Below, one piece after another: positions 45,824 to 54,246 of a stretch of DNA of 64,000 nucleotides. Source of the stretch: an uncultured Planctomycetota bacterium (GTDB lineage Bacteria; Planctomycetota; Planctomycetia; Isosphaerales; Isosphaeraceae); NCBI GenBank assembly GCA_963823665.1, contig CAWGMQ010000008.1, positions 1,120,001 through 1,184,000 on the forward strand, in the 5' to 3' direction. The notes beneath the pieces were generated by a model. It searched no databases. It was not told where the DNA came from and was given only the letters and a program-made list of their open reading frames with translations. A program made the translations under genes and the position numbers. Positions within the stretch are counted from its first letter, which is position 1, and each line of letters begins with the position of its first letter.

Positions 45824-45966
45824 CGCATGTCAGGGGCTCATCGCGGAGATAATTGATCTTGGGAGGCGACGCTCGTGTCTTGCATGATTGACGCAAGAGA
45901 TCAGGGGTCGGCAGAATTGGGGCAACCGCCGATCCCAGACCATCAACGAGACAGGAGGACCCGCCG

Positions 45967-47382
45967 ATGAAGAAGAATGTCCTGACGATCACACTGCTGA
46001 CGCTCTCCCTCGTTGTTTGCCTCGACAGAGCAAGCCTCTGTGCTGACGACGGCTGGGTGGCGCTATTCGACGGCAAGACACTCGACGGGTGGACGGTTAA
46101 TGGCGGGACCGCTTCGTACAAGGTGGAGGACGGAGTCATCGTCGGCACGACCGTCGAGGGCAGCCCGAATACATTTCTGTGCAAGGGGGACTACAAGGAC
46201 TTCGTGCTCGAGCTCGAGGTCAAGTGCGACCCCCGGCTCAACTCGGGTGTTCAGGTCCGAAGCCATGTCTATCAGAAGGACGACCCAAACCCGGAGAACA
46301 GCAAGAGGGCCGGCGTCGTCTACGGCCCACAGTGCGAGATCGCCCGCAAAGAGACCGGGACGGCGGGGCGGTTCTACGATGAAGGACGACGGGGCAAGTG
46401 GCTCGCCGAGATCAAGCCCGAGGCCAAGGATGCGTTCCGGGACGATGACTGGAACCAGTACAAGATCGTCGTCCAGGGGAATCGCTATCGGTCGTGGATC
46501 AACGGGATCGCCGCCTCCGACTTCACCGATGCTGTCGACACCAGCGGCTTGATCGGTCTTCAGGTCCACGGCATCCCCAAGGATCAGGGGCCATATCAGG
46601 TGCGCTGGCGGGACGTCCGGATCAAGGAATTGAAACCGGGGGAGGAGGTGTCATCGGCCGAACCGCTGGAGGGTTTCAAGGCGATCTTCAACGGACGTGA
46701 CCTCACCGGCTGGGAGGGGAGTCCGAAGTACTGGTCGGTTGAGGATGGCTGCCTTACGGGCAAGGCGGACGGCACGCTCAAGTTCAACCGCTTCCTCACC
46801 TGGCGGGGTGGCACCGTCAAAAACTTTGCGCTGCGGGTGAAGGTCAAGGTCTCGCCCACCGGCAACAGCGGCCTACAATACCGTGGGACCGAGCGGCCCG
46901 ACCTGGGCGAATCGGTCGTCACCGGCTACCAGTGCGACGTTGTGCCCAACAGGCCCGACTACAACGGCATGCTCTACGAGGAGCGGGGCCGCCGCATTTT
47001 GGCTCACACGGGCGAGCAGGTCGTGATCGACCCGATGGGGCAGCCGTGGGTGGTCGGACAGTTCCCGCTCAAGGTGTTTCCACCCGACGCGTGGCATGAC
47101 TACCGGGTGCTGGCCGAGGGGAATCATTACCGACACTGGATCGATGGGCACATGACGGTGGATGTCATTGATCTCGACGAGAAGGGGCGGAAGCTCGACG
47201 GTGTTCTTGCGGTTCAGGTTCACGTCGGGCCGCCGATGACGATCCAGTACAAAGACTTTTTGTTGAAGGCGTTGCCTGACGACTTGCCGCTCTTGACTCT
47301 TGAGCACGCACTCAACCCGCCGGACGCTCGCAAGGTCGCGCCGCAGGGTCAGGACCCGCCGAGGAAGCCGGATGCGGAGTGA
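45967..47382 (+). CDS. Secreted tandem DUF1080 (3-keto-disaccharide hydrolase-like) protein
   Basis: Signal peptide and two domains LFDGKTLDGW..NSGVQVR..IGLQVH / IFNGRDLTGW..NSGLQYR..LAVQVH. AGGAGG SD. Confidence 0.9.
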   Translation: MKKNVLTITLLTLSLVVCLDRASLCADDGWVALFDGKTLDGWTVNGGTASYKVEDGVIVGTTVEGSPNTFLCKGDYKDFVLELEVKCDPRLNSGVQVRSHVYQKDDPNPENSKRAGVVYGPQCEIARKETGTAGRFYDEGRRGKWLAEIKPEAKDAFRDDDWNQYKIVVQGNRYRSWINGIAASDFTDAVDTSGLIGLQVHGIPKDQGPYQVRWRDVRIKELKPGEEVSSAEPLEGFKAIFNGRDLTGWEGSPKYWSVEDGCLTGKADGTLKFNRFLTWRGGTVKNFALRVKVKVSPTGNSGLQYRGTERPDLGESVVTGYQCDVVPNRPDYNGMLYEERGRRILAHTGEQVVIDPMGQPWVVGQFPLKVFPPDAWHDYRVLAEGNHYRHWIDGHMTVDVIDLDEKGRKLDGVLAVQVHVGPPMTIQYKDFLLKALPDDLPLLTLEHALNPPDARKVAPQGQDPPRKPDAE

Positions 47383-47400
47383 GCTGTCGTGCGGTGCAGG

Positions 47401-47559
47401 CGTGACCGGATCGGCCGGCGGCTCAAACTGGCTGATCCGGAGGACAACGCCCGGCTTTCTCGGACGCTCATGCAGTTCGATCGGATCGAGGCGGAAACGG
47501 CCCGCCTGCGGAAGTATCTGCTGGCGTACAAGTTCCGGACAGATAAGTTGAACCGGTGA
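47401..47559 (+). pseudogene. Unassigned C-terminal gene remnant
   Basis: RDRIGRRLKLADPEDNARLSRTLMQFDRIEAETARLRKYLLAYKFRTDKLNR* reads as protein-like but has no clear start. Confidence 0.35.
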
Positions 47560-47723
47560 GTATGTCGAGGGACTCGGTCTCTCCCTCATGATGGGGATCG
47601 TCTCATAGGTGTGAGTGGAAACGGCACGTTCAGCCTGGGGCGGATCCGAGAGTAAGAGGAACATGATGCTTCGTATGGACCATGCCACAGTCTAAATCCT
47701 CCATCTCAACGGAGATCCACCGC

Positions 47724-48584
47724 GTGGAGTTTAACCGCTTCGACGTTTCGGCCAAGGAATTGATCTGGGACGACCCTGCCGCGTGGCTGTATCGGCTGGG
47801 CATCGGGCCGCCAGGACCGGTCACTGTCGTCGACTCGGACGTTACCACTCTGACCGCGGCCGCTGACAAGGTGATACACGTGGGCGGAGCGCAGCCGTAC
47901 CTGGTGAATTTCGAGGTCCAATCGAGTAATCAGACGGACCTGGTTGAGACCACCTGGTTTCGGCACGCAGCGATCTTCCACCGGCACCGATTGCCGGTGC
48001 TAACCGTCATTGTTCTACTTCGTCGCGACGCAAATTCGCGGAGCCTGACGGGATGCTTTGAAATTCGTCTACCAGACGGCTGGCTTACGAATCAGTATAA
48101 TTATCGGGTGGTCCGAATCTGGCAGGAAGATGCGGAGTCGTATTTGGCCGCCGGGGTCAACTTGGTGCCGCTCGTCCCGCTGACCGACGTCCCGGAGAAC
48201 GGGCTGCGGGGCGTGGTGCAGCGGATGGCCGATCGGATCAATGCTGAGCCCGAGCCGCGGGCAGCGATGCTCTGGACCGCGACGTATCTGCTCATGGGAT
48301 TACGCTTCTCGAACGAATTTGCGTCTCAGTTGCTGGAAGGAGTGCAGAATATGCAGGAATCGACGACATACCAAGCGATCTTGAAAGAGGGCCACGAAAA
48401 GGGGCGCATGAGCGAAGCACAGCGGTTGCTCATGATGCTGGGTGAGGCTCGGTTTGGAGAACCGGACGGAGCAGTCAAGGGAGCGATCGAGACGACAAAG
48501 GATCTAGAACGACTGGAGCGGTTGACCAGGCGGGTCATTGATACGAGCGTCCAGGACTGGAACGGCCTGCTGGGAACGCGCTGA
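47724..48584 (+). CDS. Rpn/YhgA-like PD-(D/E)XK nuclease family protein, copy 1
   Basis: FDVSAKELI..ADKVIHV..LVNFEVQS..YRVVRIW..LVPLVPL..MQESTTYQAILKEG..DLERLERL. Confidence 0.7.
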   Translation: MEFNRFDVSAKELIWDDPAAWLYRLGIGPPGPVTVVDSDVTTLTAAADKVIHVGGAQPYLVNFEVQSSNQTDLVETTWFRHAAIFHRHRLPVLTVIVLLRRDANSRSLTGCFEIRLPDGWLTNQYNYRVVRIWQEDAESYLAAGVNLVPLVPLTDVPENGLRGVVQRMADRINAEPEPRAAMLWTATYLLMGLRFSNEFASQLLEGVQNMQESTTYQAILKEGHEKGRMSEAQRLLMMLGEARFGEPDGAVKGAIETTKDLERLERLTRRVIDTSVQDWNGLLGTR

Positions 48585-48603
48585 CTTTGCTGAACCTCAG
48601 GGT

Positions 48604-48720
48604 CTTAAGCGGTTAAGGGAGGAAGCCGACGAACTTTTTTGGTAGATTCATCGTTTTGAGACAGGTTCGATGGGGAACCGGCCTTTCATCATGGTCCAGT
48701 GATCAGGCTCTCCGCGGGGA
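48604..48720 (+). promoter_or_regulatory. Orphan copy of the kinase leader (sigma 3' stub + 29-bp motif)
   Basis: Encodes LKRLREEADELFW* (48604-48645), followed by ACAGGTTCGATGGGGAACCGGCCTTTCAT (48661-48689). No kinase follows. Confidence 0.7.
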
Positions 48721-48795
48721 ATTTTGTTGGTAGCCTCAGTGAAGTAGCTCAGGAATCGCGGATTTCACATCGATTATCTTGGGCACGCACGATTG

Positions 48796-49281
48796 ATGGC
48801 GACCGCGAAGACCAATGCCGTGAGACTGCTCGATACGCTGGGCGTCCGCTATGAGCTGCGGTCTTACGACGTCGATCCCGACGACCTCGCCGCGGAGTCC
48901 GTCGCCCAGAGGATCGGGATGCCTCCGGAGCAAGTGTTCAAGACTCTAGTCGCCAGGGGCGACAAGCACGGGGTTTGCCTTGCCGTCGTGCCGGGTAACT
49001 GCGAGCTTGATCTCAAGGCCCTGGCGAAGTGCACTTGTGACAAGAGAATTGAAACGGTGCTGCTCAAGGAGGTTGAACCCCTGACGGGCTACATCCGGGG
49101 CGGCGTGACGGCGCTGGCTTGCAAGAAAGCGTACCCGGTTTATCTTGATGAGACGGCACAGTTGTTCGAGGTGATTTCGATCTCGGGGGGGATGCGGGGA
49201 CTGCAGATCTTGCTCGCGCCTGGGGATTACATCCGAGCTGTGAATGCTCAACTGGTCTCTATCGCCAAAGGCAAGGAATAG
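48796..49281 (+). CDS. ybaK: Cys-tRNA(Pro) deacylase
   Basis: KTNAVRLLD, QVFKTLV, LDLKALA, TGYIRGGVTAL, ISGGMRGLQI. Confidence 0.9.
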   Translation: MATAKTNAVRLLDTLGVRYELRSYDVDPDDLAAESVAQRIGMPPEQVFKTLVARGDKHGVCLAVVPGNCELDLKALAKCTCDKRIETVLLKEVEPLTGYIRGGVTALACKKAYPVYLDETAQLFEVISISGGMRGLQILLAPGDYIRAVNAQLVSIAKGKE

Positions 49282-49556
49282 GTCGGGAATTTCAGCCCGA
49301 TTCGACCTCAAGGGCGCGTGCTGCTCGCGCCGAGATGTGGCGGAGTTCTGACAAGATTCTGCTTCCGCGCTCGAAGGCGAGGTCGCGAAGCTCGAGCATG
49401 GGATCACTCGTTCGAGCGTGCAGCAATAATCCCAGGATTGGATTACCAATCGAAGCGTGAGCCGAACTGGCTTTAGTAGACGGCTGCAATTCTCCTCGCA
49501 TCCGGATATCATGATCGGACAAAACGAGAGTCAGGAACATTACCGGGTCATCGCCC

Positions 49557-50138
49557 GTGAATCCGACTTCGCTTAGCTTGCTCGATCGACTCAAGGTCGC
49601 ACGTCCGGACGCGTCCGACTGGAATCGGTTGCACGCTATCTATCTGCCACTGATACAGAGATGGCTCGGTCGTGTTCCTGGCCTGGGAGACGAGTCGGCT
49701 GATGTGGCCCAAGAGGTTCTTGTAGTCGTTTTCCGTGAAATCCCGCGGTTCGACAGGCAGCGTGAGGGGTCGTTCCGAGCTTGGCTTCGGCAAGTGACGG
49801 TGAACAAGATTCGAAACTACTGCAGAAAGCGTCACCGCCGACCCACCGTGGGGCTCGACCCCGCCGATGGATTTCTCGAGCGATTGTCCGACCCGAACGA
49901 CGATCTTGCTCGCGAGTGGGATCGAGATCACGATAAGCACGTCGTTCAAAGGATATTGGCCGTCGTGCAGCCGGACTTTGCTCCGGCCACGTGGCAGGCG
50001 TTCCAACGTTTCGGCATCGATGGTGTGCCGGCCGGACGTGTCGCCGAAGAATTGGGCATTTCCGAGAACGCGGTCATTCTCGCGAAATCGCGCGTTCTCA
50101 AACGGTTGAGGGAGGAAGCCGGCGACCTGTTGTGGTAG
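49557..50138 (+). CDS. ECF sigma-70 factor (kinase-associated)
   Basis: TSLSLLDRL..W..L..IYLPLI..DVAQEV..GSFRAWLRQVTVN..TWQAF..VAEELGISENAVILAKSRVLKRLREE. Confidence 0.92.
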   Translation: MNPTSLSLLDRLKVARPDASDWNRLHAIYLPLIQRWLGRVPGLGDESADVAQEVLVVVFREIPRFDRQREGSFRAWLRQVTVNKIRNYCRKRHRRPTVGLDPADGFLERLSDPNDDLAREWDRDHDKHVVQRILAVVQPDFAPATWQAFQRFGIDGVPAGRVAEELGISENAVILAKSRVLKRLREEAGDLLW

Positions 50139-50223
50139 CTTTCAGTTTTCGGGACAGGTTCGGGGCGGAGCCAGCCTTTCATTATCAGGAATCATCATTC
50201 GACAGGTCTCCGGAGACCGCCAG
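50139..50223 (+). promoter_or_regulatory. Native kinase leader with conserved 29-bp motif
   Basis: ACAGGTTCGGGGCGGAGCCAGCCTTTCAT at 50154-50182, 41 nt before the ATG. Confidence 0.65.
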
Positions 50224-52881
50224 ATGGACGCCCATCAAGACGAGCATCCGACTGACCAGATTCTGAGCTCATTTGGCTTGGGCAAGCTTGACGCCGCTTT
50301 CGCGGAGGCAGTCAGCAAGCACCTGGAGCAGTGCCCAGACTGTCGCAAGCGGGTTGCTGAGATGTCGGCGGACAGCTTCCTGGAAAACGTCCGGCGCGTC
50401 CAGAATCCTGCCGATGGTTCGACTGTCGGCTATTCGCTCCTCGGCCGCACGCCGAGCGCCGGAGGCGAGATCGTCTCGGTGCCGCCTCCGTCTGGCACGC
50501 TCCCACCGGGCCTGGCTAACCACCCCGATTATGAGATCAAGCGGGAACTGGGCCGAGGTGGGATGGGTGTGGTCTATCTGGCCCACAACAAACTGATGGG
50601 CCGCGACGAGGTGCTGAAGGTGATGAGCCGGCATCTCGTGGAGCGGCCCGGGGTGCTAGAGCGCTTCCTGCGCGAGATTCGAGTCGTTGCCCGGCTTCGA
50701 CACCCGAACATCGTGACGGCGTACCACGCCACTCGACTGGGGGAGAGTATCGTCTTCGCGATGGAGTATGTCGAGGGTCTCGACCTGTCCAAGATGGTCA
50801 AGGCCAAGGGTGCTATGCCGGTTGCTTACGGGTGCAACTTCGTCTATCAGGCGGCACTGGGACTCCAGCACGCTCATGAGGAAGGGCTCGTCCACCGCGA
50901 CGTCAAGCCGGGCAACTTGATGCTCACTTGGAGGGGGGACAAGGTGGTTGTCAAGGTCCTCGATTTTGGTCTGGCGAAGGCGAGCCGCGAGGAGCACGTC
51001 GACGGCGCACTGACCTCCACGGGGCAAGCGTTGGGCACGCCCGACTATATTGCGCCTGAGCAAATCCGCGACGCCATGAGTGCTGACATCCGCTCCGACA
51101 TTTACAGTCTTGGTGGAACGCTCTATTACCTTTTATCCGGCCGCCCGCCATTCCGGGCGAATTCGCTTTACGACATCTATCGGGCGCACATCTCCCAGGA
51201 CGCCGACCCGTTGAATTTCGTGCGTCCGGAGGTGCCGGCGGAGCTAGCAGCCCTTGTGGCCAAGATGATGGCGAAGGAACCGGGCCGACGGTTCCAGACC
51301 CCTGGAGAAGTCGCACAAGCGCTCACGCCGTTTTTCAAGAAGGGAACTGTGGCGTTCAAGGTTCCCAAAATGGACGTGTCCCAGGACAGTCACTCCACGG
51401 ATATTGAGCCGGAGCTCGAGGCGGTCACGGAGCCGATTCCGTCGATGGCGGTCGCTGGAAGCCCGGCTCCAGGAGCAGAGAGCGCGGTCCAACGAACTGT
51501 TCCGGAGTCCCAGTGGGAGAATTTGATCGAGGTTCGGGATGCCGAAAGCGCCGTCGACTCGACGGTCCCAAGCTCGCCAAGGGGGTGGCCGCCGTCCGTC
51601 TCTTTGCCGGCATCGATCACGGCTGCCCTTTTGGGCCTGATCGTGGTTGGGGTCAATGTCATTGCGTACAGAGCTCCGGACGCCGCGCCAAGAGTCGCGG
51701 TCGTTGGGCCCAATCTGGCGGGCGACGGGACCTCGCGCGAACGCGCCGATGCGATACCCGCGCCACCGCCGGGTGCCACGCCGGGCGTGCCGTCGGAGGC
51801 GAGGCCCAAGCCTTCGACCGAGGGCGGGGGCGGTGAGACTACAGCCGAGTCCAGTCGTTCGGGCGGCGCCAACTCGTCGGATCGCGCCGGCGAGACGACC
51901 GCGAGGCCACCGGAAGCCGAGTCGAGAGTGGCGTCGCGTCCGAAGCCCGCGCCTCCGGTCGACGCGAAGGGAAGCAACAGTGCCGAATATCACGATCCGC
52001 TGGCCAAAGGGAATGCGGCCGACAATGCCAATGTAACGCCGAGCCCGCCGCCGAAAGCCAAACCGAAGATCGTTTCGTACGCAAATCTCAAGCGATCAGT
52101 CATCAACACAATCGAAATGCAGTTCGTTCTGATTCCTGACGGAGAGTTTACGATGGGCTCGGAACGTGGGCAAGGTGACGCGGACGAACACCCTCCGCAC
52201 AAGGTCCGGATCACTCGGCCGTTCTACCTTGGGGTTCATGAGTTGACCCAGCGCCAATACGACGCCGTGATGGGGCGCAATCCCAGCTATTTTTCACGGA
52301 ACGGTAAGGGCAAGCAACACATCGCGGTTGGGCAGTCAACCGAGGAGCAGCCCGTTGAGTGGGTATCCTGGCTCGACGCCGTGGCATTCTGCAATGAGCT
52401 CAGTAAGAAGGAGCATCGGAAGGAGTTCTATGACGTCGTGGGTGCGACAGTAACGATTCCATCCTGGGACGCCGATGGTTATCGGCTGCCCACGGAGGCC
52501 GAATGGGAGTACGCGGCAGGTCGGGATCCGGGGAATGTTAGTGAATACGCCTGGCATCGCGCCCCTAAAGAGAACCCCTGGAGTGTCACCCAAATAGTGG
52601 GCCGGAAGCCGCCGAACGGACTCGGCCTCCATGACATGTTGGGTAACGTACGGGAGTGGTGCTGGGACGCTTACGACGCCAGCTATTACAAGAACAAGCA
52701 ATATCCAATGGAGGACCCGCACGGCCCGGATGTTGACTTGGCCGAGCTTCGTGTCGTCCGCGGCGGGGGCTGCGATAGCGAACCGCGCTACTGCCGGTCG
52801 GCGAAGCGCACTGGTATCGTGCCGGATCGCCCGCGGCGGGACGTGGGCTTGCGGGTGGCCTGCGGCCCGTCGTGGCGCTAG
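50224..52881 (+). CDS. zf-HC2 anti-sigma finger - Ser/Thr kinase - TM - FGE-sulfatase (C-lectin fold) protein
   Basis: HLEQCPDC, GRGGMGVVY, HRDVKPGN, DFGLAK, GTPDYIAPEQ, then IPDGEFTMGS, YRLPTEAEWEYA, GLHDMLGNVREW, RVVRGG..GLRVA. Confidence 0.92.
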   Translation: MDAHQDEHPTDQILSSFGLGKLDAAFAEAVSKHLEQCPDCRKRVAEMSADSFLENVRRVQNPADGSTVGYSLLGRTPSAGGEIVSVPPPSGTLPPGLANHPDYEIKRELGRGGMGVVYLAHNKLMGRDEVLKVMSRHLVERPGVLERFLREIRVVARLRHPNIVTAYHATRLGESIVFAMEYVEGLDLSKMVKAKGAMPVAYGCNFVYQAALGLQHAHEEGLVHRDVKPGNLMLTWRGDKVVVKVLDFGLAKASREEHVDGALTSTGQALGTPDYIAPEQIRDAMSADIRSDIYSLGGTLYYLLSGRPPFRANSLYDIYRAHISQDADPLNFVRPEVPAELAALVAKMMAKEPGRRFQTPGEVAQALTPFFKKGTVAFKVPKMDVSQDSHSTDIEPELEAVTEPIPSMAVAGSPAPGAESAVQRTVPESQWENLIEVRDAESAVDSTVPSSPRGWPPSVSLPASITAALLGLIVVGVNVIAYRAPDAAPRVAVVGPNLAGDGTSRERADAIPAPPPGATPGVPSEARPKPSTEGGGGETTAESSRSGGANSSDRAGETTARPPEAESRVASRPKPAPPVDAKGSNSAEYHDPLAKGNAADNANVTPSPPPKAKPKIVSYANLKRSVINTIEMQFVLIPDGEFTMGSERGQGDADEHPPHKVRITRPFYLGVHELTQRQYDAVMGRNPSYFSRNGKGKQHIAVGQSTEEQPVEWVSWLDAVAFCNELSKKEHRKEFYDVVGATVTIPSWDADGYRLPTEAEWEYAAGRDPGNVSEYAWHRAPKENPWSVTQIVGRKPPNGLGLHDMLGNVREWCWDAYDASYYKNKQYPMEDPHGPDVDLAELRVVRGGGCDSEPRYCRSAKRTGIVPDRPRRDVGLRVACGPSWR

Positions 52882-53214
52882 GCCCGGGGTGCACCGAGGG
52901 GCTGAGTGGTTTCCTGGTCAACGGTTGTTGACACGCTCGCGCAGCGGGTGAGGCGCGCCGGTTTTTGTTGCGTTGAATCGGGAGGGAGGCGAGACGGCGA
53001 GCGAGCTGACGTATTCCTAACTTGAACGATTCGGCGGACTAACGAATCTGTTTGAGTTCGAGCTCAGGAAAGGCCCTACGATCACCGACGCCGGCGCCGC
53101 AGATTTGCGATTTCTGCCACGGCGCCGGTCACTATGGCTGCACAGTACCGCCGTTGGCGACTCGGGGGATTTTGCCGCTTCCGGTGGGGACCGCAGCCTT
53201 TGGAGATCTAATGC

Positions 53215-54099
53215 GTGGAGTTTAACCGCTTCGACGTTTCGGCCAAGGAATTGATCTGGGACGACCCTGCCGCGTGGCTGGATCGGCTGGGGATCGGACC
53301 GCCAGGACCGGTCGCGGTCGTCGACTCGGATATCACTACCCTGACAGCCGCTGCCGACAAGGTGATACACGTCGGTGGAGCGCAGCCGTACCTGGTCAAT
53401 TTCGAGGTCCAATCGAGTCATCAAACGGACTTGGTTGAGACCACCTGGTTTCGCCACGCGGCGCTCTTCCACCGCCACCGATTGCCGGTGCTGACCGTCA
53501 TGTTCCTGTTACGGCGCGACGCAAATTCGCCGAGCCTCACGGGACGCTTCGAAATTCGTCTACCAGACGGCTGGATTACCAATCAGTATAATTACCGCGT
53601 GGTCCGAATCTGGCAGGAAGACTCGGAGTCCTACTTGGCCGCCGGGGTGAACTTGGTGCCGCTCGTCCCGCTGACCGACGTCCCGGAAAACGGTCTTCCG
53701 GGCGTGGTGCGGCGGATGGCCGATCGGATCAATGCTGAGCCTGAGCCGCGCGCAGCGATGCTCTGGACCGCGACGTATCTGCTCATGGGATTACGCTTCT
53801 CGAACGATTTTGCGTCTCAGTTGCTGGAAGGAGTGCAAAATATGCAGGAATCGACCACCTACCAAGCCATCCTGAAAGAAGGCCGCAAAGAGGGCCGTGA
53901 CGAAGGCCTCATCGAGGGCCGCGTGAGCGAAGCTCAGCGCCTGCTGCTGATGCTGGGTGAGGCTCGTTTTGGGGAACCGGACGGAGCAGCCAGGGGAACG
54001 ATCGAGGCGACACAGGATTTGGAACGGCTGGAGCGGTTGACCAGGCGGGTAATCGATGCGAGCGTGCAGGACTGGAACGGCCTGCTGGGCGCGTCTTGA
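53215..54099 (+). CDS. Rpn/YhgA-like nuclease family protein, copy 2
   Basis: Near-identical to copy 1, with an 8-aa longer EG-repeat (EGRKEGRDEGLIEGR). Confidence 0.7.
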   Translation: MEFNRFDVSAKELIWDDPAAWLDRLGIGPPGPVAVVDSDITTLTAAADKVIHVGGAQPYLVNFEVQSSHQTDLVETTWFRHAALFHRHRLPVLTVMFLLRRDANSPSLTGRFEIRLPDGWITNQYNYRVVRIWQEDSESYLAAGVNLVPLVPLTDVPENGLPGVVRRMADRINAEPEPRAAMLWTATYLLMGLRFSNDFASQLLEGVQNMQESTTYQAILKEGRKEGRDEGLIEGRVSEAQRLLLMLGEARFGEPDGAARGTIEATQDLERLERLTRRVIDASVQDWNGLLGAS

Positions 54100-54121
54100 T
54101 CTCGCTGGATTTCGGGCCGGA

Positions 54122-54246
54122 AAATGGTTACGGGAGGAGACTGGCGAACTTTTTTGGTAAATTCCGTTTTTTCGCAACAGGTTCGATGGGGAACCGGCCT
54201 TTCATCATCTGAAACAATCAGTTGCCCGGTCCGCGGAGACCGCCCG
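54122..54246 (+). promoter_or_regulatory. Kinase leader copy (sigma 3' stub + 29-bp motif)
   Basis: KWLREETGELFW* (54122-54160). Motif at 54177-54205 is identical to 48661-48689 and lies 41 nt before the ATG. Confidence 0.7.

Noticed and set aside
47380..47559. Readthrough extension of the DUF1080 gene (the downstream stub is in the same frame)
   Set aside because: The DUF1080 protein ends naturally in a low-complexity tail, and being in the same frame is a 1-in-3 coincidence.
47724..54099. Composite transposon bounded by two IS copies
   Set aside because: The repeated gene is Rpn-like with no DDE or HUH motifs, and no terminal inverted repeats or target duplication were seen.
54124..54246. 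N-terminal extension of the kinase in the ORF track
   Set aside because: All three paralogs start at MDAH after GGAGACCGCC, and the extension is the non-coding leader.
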